From assembly GCF_902652985.1 (NCBI RefSeq), contig NC_047015.1, positions 7,378,001-7,442,000 of the forward strand: 64,000 nt of DNA, in the 5' to 3' direction. This DNA is from Pecten maximus (taxonomy: Eukaryota). The notes below the pieces were generated by a model. The model searched no databases, was not told the DNA's origin, and worked only from the letters and a program-made list of their open reading frames with translations. Below, one piece after another: positions 26,401-41,400 of the stretch (position 1 is its first letter; each line of letters starts with the position of its first letter). Both the position numbers and the translations under genes were made by a program.

Positions 26401-29400
26401 CGTTGCTTCAGGCGTGAATGGCTCAGTAGAAGTTGCTTCAGTAGTGGTTGGCTCAGTATACGCTGTTGCAGTAGTGACTTTCTCAGTAGACGCTGTTTCA
26501 GCAGTGACGGGCTCAGTAGACGCTGTTTCAGTAGTGGTTGGCTCAGTAGACGCTGTTGCAGTAATGACTTTCTCCGTAGACGCTGTTTCAGCAGTGACAG
26601 GCTCAGTAGACGCTGTTTCAATAGTGACTAGCTCAGTAGAGCCTGCTTCAGTTATGAATGACTTAGATGACATTGATTCAGTTATGACCGCTTCAGTAGT
26701 GACTGACTCAAAAGACGTTGCTTCAGTCGTGATTGGCTCAGGAGATGTTGCTTCAGTAATGACTGACTCAGTAGATCCTGCTTCGATAGAGACTGGCGCA
26801 GTAGATCCTGCTTCGGTTGTGAGTGACTCAAAAGACGTTGCTTCAGGCGTGAATGGCTCAGTAGACGTTGCTTCAGTAGTGGTTGGCTCAGTATACGCTT
26901 TTGCAGTAGTTACTTTCTCAGTAGACGCTGTTTCAGCAGTGACTTGCTCAGTAGAGCCTATTTCAGTTATGAAAGACTTAGATGACATTGTGTCAGTAAT
27001 GACTGCTTCAGTAGTGACTGACTCAGAAGATGTAACTTCAGCAGTGACCGACTCAGAAGATGTTACTTCAGTAGTGACTGATTCATATGGCGTTGCCTCA
27101 AAAGTGACTAACTCAGTCGATCCTGCTTCGATAGAGATTAGCTCAGTAGATTCTGCTTCAGTCGTGATTGGCGCAGGAGACGTTGCTTCAGTAATGACTG
27201 ACTCAGTAGACGCTACTTCAGCAGTGTCTGCTTCATTGGATCCTTCTTCAGTAGTGAGTGGCTCAGTAGTAGAGAATAGTACGGGTATGGTGCTTGTTTC
27301 CACATCTCTTGTGGATGTTGTTTCCGAAACAATTGTTGTCGTTGCCTTTGATGTGTGTATTGGTAAAGTTTCTAGAACTGTTGCTGTCGTTGTGGTTGGT
27401 AAAGGTGTAACAGTTTCGGAAAAAGTTTCAGCCGTTCTGGATTGTAAGGATGTGATAGTTTCCTCAACAGCTGTAGTTGTTTTGTACGGTAATGTTGTGG
27501 TAGTTGTTTCGGGAATAGCTGTGATTATTGTGGATAATACCGGTGCGGTAGTTGTTTCCGGTTACAGTTGTAGTCGTTGTGGATGTTAAATCAATGGTAC
27601 TTGTTTCCTGAAAAGGTGTAGTCGTTGATGATTGTAATGATTGTAATGCTGTAGTTGTTTCCGGAGTAGTTGAGATCGTTGAAGATTGTACGGGTGTAAA
27701 AGTTGTTTCCGGAACTGCTGCGGTCGTTGAAGGTTGTACCGATGTAGAAGTTGTTTTCGAAACTGCTGTGGTCGTAGTGGATGGAACAGATGCGGAAGTT
27801 GTTTCCGAAAACTTCGTTGTCGTTGCGGACGGCATTGTTATGTCCGAAACTGTTGCGGTAGTTACGGATGTTGTAGTTTTATCGGGAATCATTATGCTCG
27901 TTGTAGATGTTATCTCCGGTGTAGTTGAAAACGTTGATAATGGTGTTGTTGTGATTGTTGTTTCCGTAACAATGTTGGTTGCTGTTGATGGGATAGATGT
28001 TGTAGTTATCTCCGGGAACGTTGTGGTCGTTGTGGATGTTTCTGCCGTGGTTGTTGTTTCAGGAACCATAGTGGTCGTTGTTGATGGGATAGGTATTGTG
28101 GTTGTTTCGGGAATAATTGAGATCGTTGTGGATGATACTGTCGAGGCTGTTGTTTCGGGAACAGTTTTGGTCGTTGTGGAATTGACTTGTGTTGTTGTTG
28201 TCTCCGGCAATTGTGTAGGCGTTGTGGATGGTTCTAATGTGGCAGTTATATCTGTTGCGGATGATGCTACCGTGATTGTTGTGTCTTGAAGAATTGTGGT
28301 GGTTGTGGATGATGCTGTCGTAGTTGTTTTGGGAAGAGTTGCGGTCGTTGTGGATGATGGTCCTTTTGTGGTTGTTGTGGCTTGAACTGATGCTTTAGCT
28401 GTCTCCGGTAAGGTTGTGGTCGTTAAGAACGGTACGGCTGTAGTAGTAGAATCAGATTCCATTGAGTTTTTGGAGGATGCAAGATGTGTGGTGGTTGTTG
28501 TCGGAATAACTATAATACTAGTTGTTCCTGGGGAATTTATAAAAGTCAGGCATTTGATAAGTACATTTCATTACGATTGACGTTATTGTTATTGATTAGG
28601 CAGAAAAATCAAAACAATTATTAAACAGCTGTTTCGTTTTTCTAAGTCTAATACTGATTCAAGACATAAAACTGTAGAATAAAGGAAGAAATGCGATTAA
28701 ACATAAATAAAATAAATAAACAAATGTTTAAATAAGAGATGGCAGAGAACATCGGGGATAAAATACATGACCAAAAGTTGTATGGGATTACACTTATTTG
28801 GCTGTTGTGACCAGAACATTTGTGGGCGGTGTAGATGCGACAAGTGGGCAAGTAATGGTATTAACAGGTGTTGATGATACTGGTAGAGCAGTGTTTTCAG
28901 GAAGAGTTGTCCTTGCTGATGCTACCATTGAAATAGCCTTTGGAAAACTTGTTATTGTTGATGGTCCTGGGGTTACAGTTGTTTCATGAACAGTTGTTTG
29001 TATTACTGTTGATGTAGCTGTTTCAGGAACAGTTGTTGTTGTTGTATATGCTACTGCTGAAGTTGTTTTTTTTCAGAAGAGTTGTTCTTGTTGCTTCTGT
29101 TTGCGGTGATAGAGGTGTTGTAGTTGTTTCCGAAAAAAACTTGTTGTTGTTATTAAAGATGATGATGATGATGATTTGTTTTTTCTGGATAGTGCAGAAG
29201 TAGTAGTCGTTTCCGCAAAAGTTGTTGACGGTGCTGTTGTGGATGTTGTTTTCGGAGCAGTTGTGGTTGTTGTGGATGAGACTGCTGTTGTAGTTGTCTC
29301 CGGGACGGTTGTTGTCGTTGAGGATGATACGGCAGTAGCACTTGATTCAGATTCAGTTGATATTTTGAAAGATAAAAGAAGTGTGGAGGGTTTTTCCTGA

Positions 29401-32400
29401 ATAACTCTAATACTAGTTGTTCCTTGGGGAATTGCAAAATACTAGCAATTGAACAGCATATTCCATTACGATTCAGGTTATCGATAAAGTACCCAACAAA
29501 AAAAAATGAAAAGAAAAGAAAACCATTAATCACATAGCTATTGTATCAATTAATAAGATGTAGCAGAAAACATCGGGGAATACAAAGAGGACTGACCATC
29601 AGTTGGATAAGCTAGGGATTATACAGATCAAATACGTAGATACACGGAAGAAAGTTGATTAAATAAATAAAACATAATAACAATAAAATCTACGTTAATA
29701 TCATGGATAACAAAAAGCATCAGGGAATAAAAACATGGCTTACCATCAGTTGTATAAGTTGGAGATTGTTTTGGTGAGGCCGGAGCATGTGTTGAAGTTG
29801 TGGGTGCTAATGACCCGTAACTCGTGACGTGAAAAGGTGTTGTTGATGATACAGACGAAGGAGTGTTTTCCGGAAAAGTCGTCCTTGTTGGTGCTACTAT
29901 TGAAACGGTTGTTTCTGGAAAACTTGCCGTTAATGTTATAGGGGCAATAGTTGTTTTCGGAAGAGTTGTTGTCAATGATTCCACGGGTATAGTAGTTATT
30001 TCAGGAACAGTGGTCTCGATTAATGCTAACGATGAAGTAGTGGTTTCGAGAACAGTTGCTATTGTTGTTGTTTCTGGTAGATTAGTTGCTTCCAGAACAG
30101 TTGTTTCGAGTGTTGAAAAGGTGGTTGGTTCCGTATCAATTGTTGATGATGTTGTTGCCTCAAGTGTAGTTGTTTTTTCCAGAACAGTTGTTGCGTTTAT
30201 TGATAATGCTTCTGGTGTAGTAGAGATTTCCGAAACAGTTGCTGTCGCCGTTGATGCTACTTGTGTATTAGATATTTCATGAACAGTTGCCGGTGTTGCT
30301 GACATTGCTGTAGTAGCAGTTTGCGGAACAGTTGTTGTAGCCTTTGGTGTGTCAAAGTTTAACAGAACAGTTGTTGTTTCTTCCGGTGTAAGAGTTGTTT
30401 CCGGAACAGCTGTTGTTGTTTCTTCTGGTGTAAGAGTTGTTTCCGGAACAGCTGTTGTTGTTTCTTCTGGTGTGAGAGTTGTTTGCGGAACAGTTATTTT
30501 TACTGATGATGCTAAAGTTGGCTTAGTTGATGCTGCTTGCGTAGTAGTTGTTGTTCCAGTTACAGTTGTTTTTGTTGCCTCTGGTGAAGTAAGTGTTTCC
30601 TGAACAATTGTTGTTGCTTCTGGTGCAGCAGTTATTTCCGGAACGATTGTTGTTTTTGCTGATGATGCTACAGGTGGCTTTGTTGATGCTGCTGGCGCAA
30701 TAGTTGTTGTTTCAAGTACAGTTTTTGTAAATGGTCCTGGCGTAGTAGAGATTTCCAGAGCAGTTGCTGTCATTGAGGATGCTGGAAAAGTAATTGATTC
30801 CGGATCAATTATTGTTGTTGAGGATATTGGTGTAGTTGTTTCTATAATATTTGTCGTTGTTAATGATAACGACGAAGCAGTTGTTTCCGGAACCTTTGTG
30901 TCTCTTGATTCTAGAGAAAAAGTGGTTTTTGAAAGAGTTGCTGTTGTTGCTTCTGATGCAGTAATTATTTCCGGAACAATTGATGTCGTCGTCTCTGGCA
31001 AAGTAAATGTTTCATGGGCAGTTGCTTCTGTTGATACTAATGATAAAGCAGAACTTTCGGGAAGAATTGTTGTTCTTGCTGATGATGCTACTTGGGTAGC
31101 AGCTGTTGTTTCAGGTTCAGTTGTTGATAATGCTTCTGGTGTAGTGGATATTTCTGAAACATCTGTTATTGTTGTTGTTGTAGTTGTTGATGTTGTTGAC
31201 GATATTGGCGAAGTAGCTGTTTCCCAGAACAGTTATTGCTGCAGATGATGCTATGGAGGTAGTACTTGTTGTTTCAGACATAGTTTTTTGGTAATGGCTT
31301 CGCTGTAGCAGAGAATTCCTGAATAGTTGAGGTCATTGGTTCCGGAACAGTTGCCGCTGTTGATCCTTCTAGTGCATTAGGTATTTCCAGAACAGTTGTT
31401 CCTATTGGTGCTAAAGATGCTACTGGGGCAGTAGTTATTGTTTCAGGTACATTTGTTGTGAATTGTTCTGGTGTAATAGAGGTTTCAGAGCAGTTGCTTT
31501 CGTTGATGATATTACTTGTGTAGTAGTTGCTTCCGGAACAGTTGTTGTTTTTACTGTTGTTGCTACTAGAGTAGTAGTTGTTGTTCCGTATACATTTGTT
31601 GTTAATGGTCCTGGTGTAATAGAGGTTTCCAGACCATTTGCTGTCGTTGATGATGCTATTGGTAAAGTTGTTATTTCAGGACCAGTTGTTGTTTCTGCTG
31701 ATGATGCTACATGGATAGTAGTTGTTGTTTCATGTGCATTTGTTTTTAATGGTCCTGGTGTAATAGAGGTTTCCAGACCATTTTCTGTCGTTGATGACGT
31801 TACTGGTAAAGTTGTTGCTTCTGGAACAGTTGATGTTTCTGCTGATGATGCTACATGGATAGTAGTTGTTGTTTCATGTGCATTTGTTTTTAATGGTCCT
31901 GGTGTAATAGAGGTTTCCAGACCATTTTCTGTCGTTGATGACGTTACTGGTAAAGTAGTTGCTTCTGGAACAGTTGTTGTTTCTGCTGCTGATGCTACTT
32001 GGGTAGTTGTTGTTGTTTCATGTACATTTGTTTTTAATGTTTCTGGTCTAATAGAGGTTTCCAGAGCAGCTGTTGTCGTTGCTGAGGCTACTTGTGTAGT
32101 TATTGCTTCCGGAACAGTTGTTGTTCTTACTGATGATGCTACTTGGGTAGTAGTTGTTGTTTCATGAACATTTGTTGTTAATGGTTCTGGTGTAACAGAG
32201 GTTTCCCCAGCAGTTGCTTTCGTTAATGACGTTTCTTGTAAAGTAGTTCCTTCAGGAACAGTTGTTGTTCCTGTTGATGATGCTACTGGTAAAGTAGTTA
32301 CTTCCAGAACAGTTGTTGTTCCTGTTGATGATGCTACTGGTAAAGTAGTTACTTCCAGAACAGTTGTTGTTCCTGCTGATGATGCTTCTAAGGTAGTAGT

Positions 32401-35400
32401 TGTTCCATTTGCATTTGTCGTTAGTGGTTCTTGTGTAATATAGCTTTCCAGAGCAGTTGATGTTATTGATGATGCTGCTGGTAAAGTTGTTCCTTCAGGA
32501 ACAGTTGTTTTTGCTGATGATGCTACTTGGTTAGTAGTTGTTCCGCGTACATTTGCTGTTAATGGGTCTGGTGTAATAGAGGTTTCCAGAGCAGTTGCTT
32601 CTGCTGTAGTAGTGATTCGCGGAACAGTTATGGTAGTTGTGGATGGTACTGGTGTAAAAGTTGTTTCCAGAACAGTTGTAGTCGTTGTGGATGGTACAGG
32701 TGTGGTAGTAGTTTCCGGAACAGTTGTGGTCGTTGTTGATGGTACAGGTGTGGTAGTTGTTTCCGGAACAGTTGTGTTCGCTGTGGATGGTACAGGTGTG
32801 GTAGTTGTTTCCGGAACAGTTATGGTCGTTGTGGATGGTACTGGTGGGGTAGTTGTTTCCAGAACAGTTGTAGTCGTTGTGGGATGGTACTGGTGTGGTA
32901 GTTGTTTCCGGAACAGTTGTAGTCGTTGTGGATGGTACTGGTGTGGTAGTTGTTTCCGGAACAGTTGTGGTAGTTGTGGATGGTACTGGTGTAAAAGTTG
33001 TTTCCAGAACAGTTGTAGTCGTTGTGGATGGTTCAGGTGTGGTAGTTGTTTCCGGAACAGTTGTAGTCGTTGTGGATGGTACTGGTGTGGTAGTTGTTTC
33101 CGGAACAGTTGTGGTAGTTGTGGATGGTACAGGTGTGGTAGTTGTTTCCGGAACAGTTGTGGTGGCTGTTGATGGTACAGGTGTGGTAGTTGTTTCCGGA
33201 ACAGTTGTAGTCGTTATGGATGGTACAGGTGTGGTAGTTGTTTCCGGAACAGTTGTGGTCGTTGTTGATGGTACAGGTGTGGTAGTTGTTTCCGGAACAG
33301 TTGTGTTCGCTGTGGATGGTACAGGTGTGGTAGTTGTTTCCGGAACAGTTATGGTCGTTGTGGATGGTACTGGTGGGGTAGTTGCTTCCAGAACAGTTGT
33401 AGTCGTTGTGGATGGTACTGATGTGGTAGTTGTTTCCGGAACAGTTGTAGTCGTTGTGGATGGTACAGGTGTGGTAGTTGCTTCCGGAACAGTTGTGGTA
33501 GTTGTGGATGGTACATGTGTGGTAGTTGTTTCCGGAACAGTTGTAGTCGTTGTGGATGGTTCAGGTGTGGTAGTTGTTTCCGGAACAGTTGTGGTAGTTG
33601 TGGATGGTACAGGTGTGGTAGTTGTTTCCGGAATAGTTGTGGTCGCTGTTGATGGTACAGTTGTTGTAGTTGTTTCCGGAACAGTTGTAGTCGTTGTGGA
33701 TGGTACAGGTGTGGTAGTTGTTTCCGGAACAGTTGTGGTCGTTGTTGATGGTACAGGTGTGGTAGTTGTTTCCGGAACAGTTGTGTTCGCTGTGGATGGT
33801 ACAGGTGTGGTAGTTGTTTCCGGAACAGTTATGGTCGTTGAGGATGGTACTGGTGGGGTAGTTGTTTCCGGAACAGTTGTAGTCGTGGTGGATGGTACAG
33901 GTGTGGTAGTTGTTTCCGGAACAGTTGTGGTCGTTATTGATGGTACAGGTGTGGTTGTTGTTTCCGGAACAGTTGTGGTTGTTGTTGATGGTACAGGTGT
34001 TGTAGTTGTTTCCAGAACAGTTGTGGTCGTTGTGGATGGTACAGGTGTGGTAGTTGCTTCCGGAACAGTTGTGTTCGCTGTGGATGGTACAGGTGTGGTA
34101 GTTGTTTCCGGAACAGTTTTAGTCGTGGATGGTACAGGTGTGGTAGTTGTTTCCGGAACAGTTGTGTTCGCTGTGGATGGTACAGGTGTGGTAGTTGCTT
34201 CCGGAACAGTTGTGTTCGCTGTGGATGGTACAGGAGTGGTAGTTGTTTCCGGAACAGTTGTAGTCGTTGTGGATGGTACAGGTGTGTTAGTTGTTTCCAG
34301 AACAGTTGTGGTAGTTGTGGATGGAACAGGTGTGGTAGTTGTTTCCGGAACAGTTGTGGTTGTTGTGGATGGGACAGGTGTGGTAGTTGTTTCCGGAACA
34401 GTTGTGGTCGTTGTGGATGGTACAGGTGTGGTAGTTGCTTCCGGAACAGTTGTGTTCACTGTGGATGGTACAAGTGTGGTAGTTGTTTCCGGAACAGTTG
34501 TAGTCGTTGTGGATGGTACAGGTGTGGTAGTTGTTTCCGGAAAAGTTGTGTTCGCTATGGATGGTACAGGTGTGGTAGTTGCTTCCGGAACAGTTGTGTT
34601 CGCTGTGGATGGTACAGGTGTGGTAGTTGTTTCCGGAACAGTTGTAGTCGTTGTGGATGGTACAGGTGTGGTAGTTGTTTTCGGAACAGTTGTGTTCGCT
34701 GTGGATGGTACAGGTGTGGTAGTTGCTTCCGGAACAGTTGTGTTCGCTGTGGATGGTACAGGTGTGGTAGTTGTTTCCGGAACAGTTGTAGTCGTTGTGG
34801 ATGGTACAGGTGTGGTAGTTGTTTCCGGAACAGTTGTGGTAGTTGTGGATGGCACAGGTGTGGTAGTTGTTTCTGGAACAGTTGTGGTTGTTGTGGATGG
34901 GACAGGTGTGGTAGTTGTTTCCGGAACAGTTGTGGTCGTTGTGGATGGTACTGGTGTGGTAGTTGTTTCCAGATCAATTAATGACATCGTCAATGGTACG
35001 GGTGTGGTTGTTCTTACGGGGACCATTGTGGTCGATGAAGATGGTGCTGTTAAGGTTGTTGTTTCCGGAAAAGTTATTGTTGTTGATTCGTCTGGTGTTG
35101 TAGTTATCTCCGGGAGAGATGTGGTCTTTGCGGAAGATACGACAGTGGTAGATGATTCATATTCAGCTGAGGTTTTGGAGGATGCAAGGATTGTGATTGG
35201 TGTTTCCGGAATAACTGTAATAGTAGTTGTTCCTGGGGAATTTACAAAAGACAAGTATTTGAAAAGCATATTTCATTATGATTTACGATATTGTTACGCC
35301 GAAGAATGAAACAGAATATTAATCATACAGCTATCTCGTCCCAATACTGATCAAGGAAGAAAGGTGATTAAATAAATCAAAATCAATAAAATCAAAGTAC

Positions 35401-38400
35401 AAAGCAGCGAATACAAACATGACATACCGACATCTGTATAAGTTTGAGATTGTATGGGTGTGGTTATTATGTCCGGAACATCGTAGATGCTACTTGTGAG
35501 GAAGTTGTTGTTGATGCTTATGGTGAAGAAAGTGCTTCCGGAACAGTTGCTGAAGATGCTTTTGTTGCAGTAGTTATTACGAGAATACTTGTCTTTGTAG
35601 ACATTTATGGAATGTTAACATTTTCAGGAAAAGTTGTCGTTGTGCGTACTTCTTGAATTAATCTTGTTTCTTGAAAAGCTTTCTCTGTGTAGAGTACTTG
35701 ATCCTCGCTTGCTTTTGGGACACTTGTCATCACTGAGAATGGTCCTAGTGTTGCAGATGTTTCAGGAGCATTTGTCACTTTGGATGATGCTGAAGTGGAA
35801 ATCGTATGTGCTTCTCGAATGTTTATCGTTCCCGATTCAATTGGATTTATTATAGGTATTAATGGTGTTGTTACTGTTTCTAGAATAGCTCTAGTAATTG
35901 CGGACACTTCTGTTGATTGAGTTGTTCCTTGGGGATTACACAAAATATGCACGTGAAAATCAACTGTAAGATTTGAGAAATTAATTCATTATTTGCCAAA
36001 AAAGTAATGAATCTGCCATATTTCGTCCTTCTGGCATGCATCACTTTGTAAGTGATAAAATGGAAATCAAGAAGGGTTTGCTGAAATAAAAACTCTAAAA
36101 GATTGATTTAGAGGATGACAAAAACCATTGGGTTGACAAAAACAGATTATTGGGATCTTAGTCGCGTTGTATTTTTGTCCATAAAATGGTTTGGCGGAGG
36201 GGAATAAAATCATGGTCCTTCAGGATAAAAGGAGTGACAATTTATTTTCAGGAAGATGCTACTGGTATGATTGTTGTTTCCAGAAAATATGCCATAGTCT
36301 TGGGTGCTACATGCTTCTTATTTTTCCGGTATAATTGTCATTGTTGCATCTATTTGGGTTATTTCTTGAGGATTTGCTATGCTTCAGAATGATTCCTGTA
36401 CGACTGATACTTTCTTAACAGTTTTGGATGTGGTGGATGCTACTGGCGACTTACTTGGTTCCGGCACGATTTTGGATGCTACTAGTATGATAGTTTCCGA
36501 AACATGTTTCGTCGTTGTGGGTATTACATAAATAGTAGCTGTCGTTTTCAGTGTTAAAAAATTAGATGGGTTGTTATTTCTGCAGCAAATGCCGAAGTCG
36601 TCAATCCTGATGCAGTTTTAGTTGATTACGGATTAGACACTATTGACGGTGTTAAAGCTGTTCCTGAAGGATTGTATAAACAATGTCGATATGAAAAGCA
36701 TCTTACAAAAAAAATCATTGGGATAGCTAAAGTAAAGAGCGAAAAAAATTAATGTATCAGCACGGGGTGATCAATTGGAGGAAATAAGGAAGGTAGGGAA
36801 TTGAAATGAATGTATACATAAACAAATAATGACATAATGGGCCTTGGAAAACCACGATGAATAAAAAAGAGCTTACCATCAGCTGTAGTGGGAGGAAGTG
36901 GTGCAGTGGCTGTTTCCAAAACACTTGCGCTCGTTGTAAATGTTGCGGAAGTTGTAGCGATAGTAGCTTCTGAAACAAGTGTGGTTGCTTCTTGCTTGGA
37001 ACTTATTTCAGTTGTGGTCGTTGTGGATGGTACTGATGGTATTGTCGTTTCGCTAGCAGTTTTTGACGTCATGGAATGTACTTGTGCTGTTGTTAATGCC
37101 GGAACCGTTGGGTTCATTGTTAATGGTTCAGTTGTTGTCCTTGTTATTATAAAAGATGTGGTCGTTCTGGGTGGAGCAGGTGTGGAAATGGTTTCTGCAA
37201 CATTGGTGGTGATGGTGGCTGGTACAGGTGTGGTAGTTGTGTCCGGAACAGTTGTGGTCGTTGTGGATGGTACGAGTGTGGTAGGTATTCCTGGAGCAAG
37301 TATAGTAGATGTGATTGGTACAGGTGTGGTAGATGCTTCCAAAACAATTGTGGTCGTTGTTGATGGTACAGGTGTGGTAGTTGTTTCTTGAAGAGTTGTG
37401 GTCGCTGTAGCTGGTACAGGTGTGGTAGTTGTTTCCGGAACAGTTGTAGTCGTTGTGGATGGTACAGGTGTGGTAGTTGTTTCCGGAACAGTTGTGGTCG
37501 TTGGTGATGGTACAGGTGTGGTTGTTGTTTCCGGAACAGTTGTGGTCGATGTGGATGGTACAGGTGTGGTAGTTGTTTCCGGAATAGTTGTGGTCGTTGT
37601 GGATGGAGCAAGTGTGGTAGTTGTTTCCGGAACAGTTGTAGTCGTTGTGGATGGTACTGGTGTGGTAGTTGTTTCCGGAACAGTTGTGATAGTTGTGGAT
37701 GGAGCAGGTGTGTTAGTTGTTTCCTGAACAGTTGTAGTCGTAGTGGATGGTACAGGTGTGGTAGTTGTTTCCGGAACAGTTGTGGACGTTGTTGATAGTA
37801 CTGGCGTGGTAGTTGTTTCCGGAACAGTTGTAGTCGTTGTGGATGGTACTGGTGTGGTAGTTATTTCCAGAACAGTTGTGGTCGCTGTTGATGGTACAGG
37901 TGTGGTAGTTGTTTCCGGAACAGTTGTGGTCGCTGTGGATGGTACAGGTGTGTTAGTTGTTTCCGGAACAGTTGTAGTCGTTGTGGATGGTACAGGTGTG
38001 GTAGTTGTTTCCAGAACAGTTGTGGTCGCTGTGGATGGTACAGGTGTGGTAGTTGTTTCCAGAACAGTTGTGGTCGCTGTGGATGGTACAGGTGTGGTAG
38101 TTGTTTCCGGAACAGTTGTAGTCGTTGTGGATGGAACAGGTGTGGTAGTTGTTTCCGGAACATTTATGGTCGTTGTGGATGGTACTGATGTGGTTGTTGT
38201 TTCCGGAACAGTTGTGGTAGTTGTGGATGGAACAGATGTTGTAGTTGTTTCCGGAACATGTGTTGTAGTTGTTTCCGGAACAGGTGTGGTAGTTGTGGAT
38301 GGTACAGTTATGGTCGTTGTGGATGGTACTGGTGTGGTAGTTGTTTCAAGACCAGTTGTTGGCGTTCCTGACGATATTATTGTTGTAGTGTCCGGAACAG

Positions 38401-41400
38401 TTGTATCCGTTGTTGATAACATTTGTGTTGCAGTTGATTCTGGAGTAGTTGTAATAGTTAAAGATGATAAGAGTGTGGTAGTGGTTTCAGGGAGTGTAGT
38501 AGCCGTTGGAGATGGTACACTTGTGGAGGTTTTTCCAGGAACAGTTGTGGTAATTGTTGGTGAAACAAATGATGAAGTTGAATCCGAAACCTTTGTGGTA
38601 CTTGAGGTACCGTCCGTTTCCGGAACAGTGGTGGTCGTTGAGGATGATACCTTTTTGGTCGTTGTTTCCGGAATGTTTATGCCCGTTACGGACGGCACTG
38701 TTGCGGTTGTAGATTGTGTTGTCGTTATCGCTGGTACTGATATGGTAGTTGTTTCCGGATCAGCTGTAGATGATAGAACAGTTGAGGCAGTTGTTTCCAG
38801 CTCAGCTGTAGTCGTTGAAGATGGTATAGTGGCGGTTGCTGGTTCAGGGCCAGGAGTAGTCGTTAAAGTTAATACTGTTGTGGTTGGTGTTTCCGAAACA
38901 GCTGTGCTTGTTCTAAATGGTATCGGCGTGACAGTGCTTTCCTGGATATCTGTAGTGGTTGTAGATAGGACTGGTGTGGTTGTTGTTTCCGGAACACCTG
39001 CAGTCGTAGATACTGATTCCGGAGAAGTTATTAACGTTGAGGATGGTTCTGGTGTGGTTGTTGTTTCCGGAACAGTTGTTGCCTTTGTGGATTGTACTGT
39101 TTTGGTTGAAATTTCGGGGATAGTTGTGCTCGATGTGGATTGTATTAATGTGGCTGTTGTTTCCGGAATAACTGTGGCTGTTGCTGTTTGAACCGCTGTA
39201 GCTGTTGTTTCTAGAGTAGATGACGTTGTTGATGGTACTGTTGTGGTTGTCATCTCCGGAAAATGCGTGGTTATTGTGGGTGTTACTATTGTGGTTGCTG
39301 CTTCCGGAAAAGTTGTTCCCGTTGTATATGATACTGCTGTGGTTGCTGTTTCCGGGACATATGTGATAGTTGTGGATGGTACTGTTATTATTGTTGTTTG
39401 CGGAAGAGTTGTGGACGTTGTTGATATTACTGTTGTGGCTGTTACTTCTGGCGCAGTGATTGTCGTTGGGGGTGGCACTGGTATGGTTGTTGTTTGCGGA
39501 AGAGTTGTGGTCGTTGTAGGTGACATTAATGTGGTTGTCGTTTCCGGAACAGCTGTGGTTGTTGTTGATGGTACTGTTTTGACAGTTGTTCCAAGAAGCG
39601 TGGTTGTAATTGTGGATGGTAGTGCTGTGGTTGTTAATGCCGGAATAGCTGTAGTCGTGCCGGGCGATACGGTTGATGCTGTCGTTATTTCTGGAACAGT
39701 TGTGGTCTTTGTGGGTGGTACTTCTGTGATTGTTGATTCCGAAACAGTATTGGGCATTGCTGATCGTACTGTGGCGGTCGTTGTTTCCGAACCAGTTGTT
39801 GTCGCTGTGGAGGAAACTGTTGTGGGTGTTGTTTCCGGAATAGTTGTGGTCGTTGTAGGTGGTATTGTTGTGATTGTTGTTTCCGGAACAGATGTGGTCG
39901 TCGTGGATGATGTTGTTGTGATTGTTAAAGTTTCCGGAATGCCTGTGGTAGTTATGGGTGGTGCTGTTGTGGTTGAGGTTTCCGGAGGGGTTGTTGTCGT
40001 TGTGGATGTTGTTGGTATGCTTGTTGTTTCCGGAACAGATATAATAGATGTGGATAGTACTGTTGTGGTTGTTATTTCCGGAACAGTTGTGGTCGTTGTT
40101 GGTGGTACTGTTACGATTGTTGTATCCGAAACAGATGTGACTCTTGTTGATGGTATTGTTGGTGTTGTTTCCGGAACAGATGTAGCTGTTGTTGATGGTA
40201 CCGGTGTGGTAGTTGTTTCCGAAACAGTTGTGGACGTTGTTGATAGTACTGATGTGGTAATTGTTTCCGGAACTGTTGTGGACGTTGTTGATAGTAATGA
40301 TGTGGTAGTTGTTTCTGGCACAGTCTTGGACGTCGCTGATAGTACCGGTGTAGTAGTTGTTTCCTGAACAGTTGTCGATAGTACTGATGTGGTAGTTATT
40401 TCCGGAACAGTTGTGGACGTTGTTGATAGTACTGGTTTGGTAGTTGTTTCCGGAACAGTTGTGGACATTGTTGATTGCACTGCTGTGGTAGTTGTTTCCG
40501 GAACAGTTTTTGACATTGTTGATAGTACAGGTGTGGAACTTGATTCCAGAACAGTTGATGACGTTGTTGATAGTACAGATGTGGAAGATGTTTCTGGAAC
40601 AGTTGTGGAAGTTGTTGATACAACTGGTGTGGTAGTTGTTTCCGGAACAGTTGTCGAAATTGTTGATACAACTGGTGTGGTAGTTGTTTCCGGAACAGTT
40701 GTCGAAGTTGTTGATACAACTGGTGTGGTAGTTGTTTCCGGAACAGTTGTCGAAGTTGTTGATACAACTAGTGTGGTAGTTGTTTGCGGAACAGTTGTGG
40801 ACGTTATTGATAGTACTGGTGTTGTAGTTGTTTCTGGAACGGTTGTGGACGTTGTTGATAGTACTGGTGTGGTAGTTGTCTCCGGAACAGTTGTCGACGT
40901 TGTTGATAGAACTGATGTGGTAGTTGATTCCGGAACAGTTGTGGACGTTGTTGATAGTAATGGTGTAGTAGTTGTTTCCGGAACAGTTGTGGACGTTGTT
41001 GATAGTACTGGTGTGGTAGTTGATTCCGGAACAGTTGTGGACTTCGTCGATTGTTCAGATGTGGTAGTTGTCTCCGGAACAGTTGTGGACTTTGTCGATT
41101 GTTCTGATGTGGTAGTTGTTAGCGGAACAGTTGTGGACATTGTTGATAGTCCAGGTGTGGAACTTACTTCCGGAACAGTTGTGGACTTCGTCGATTGTTC
41201 AGATATGGCAGCTGTTTCTGGAACAGTTGTGGATGTTGATGCTAGTACAGGTGTTAAACTTGTTTTCGGAACGGTTGTGGACGTTGTTGATAGTACAGAT
41301 GTGGAACTTGTTTTCGGAACAGTTGTGGACGTTGTTGATTGTACAAGTGTGGAACTTGTTTCCGGAACAGTTGTGGACATTGTTGATAGAACTGATGTGG

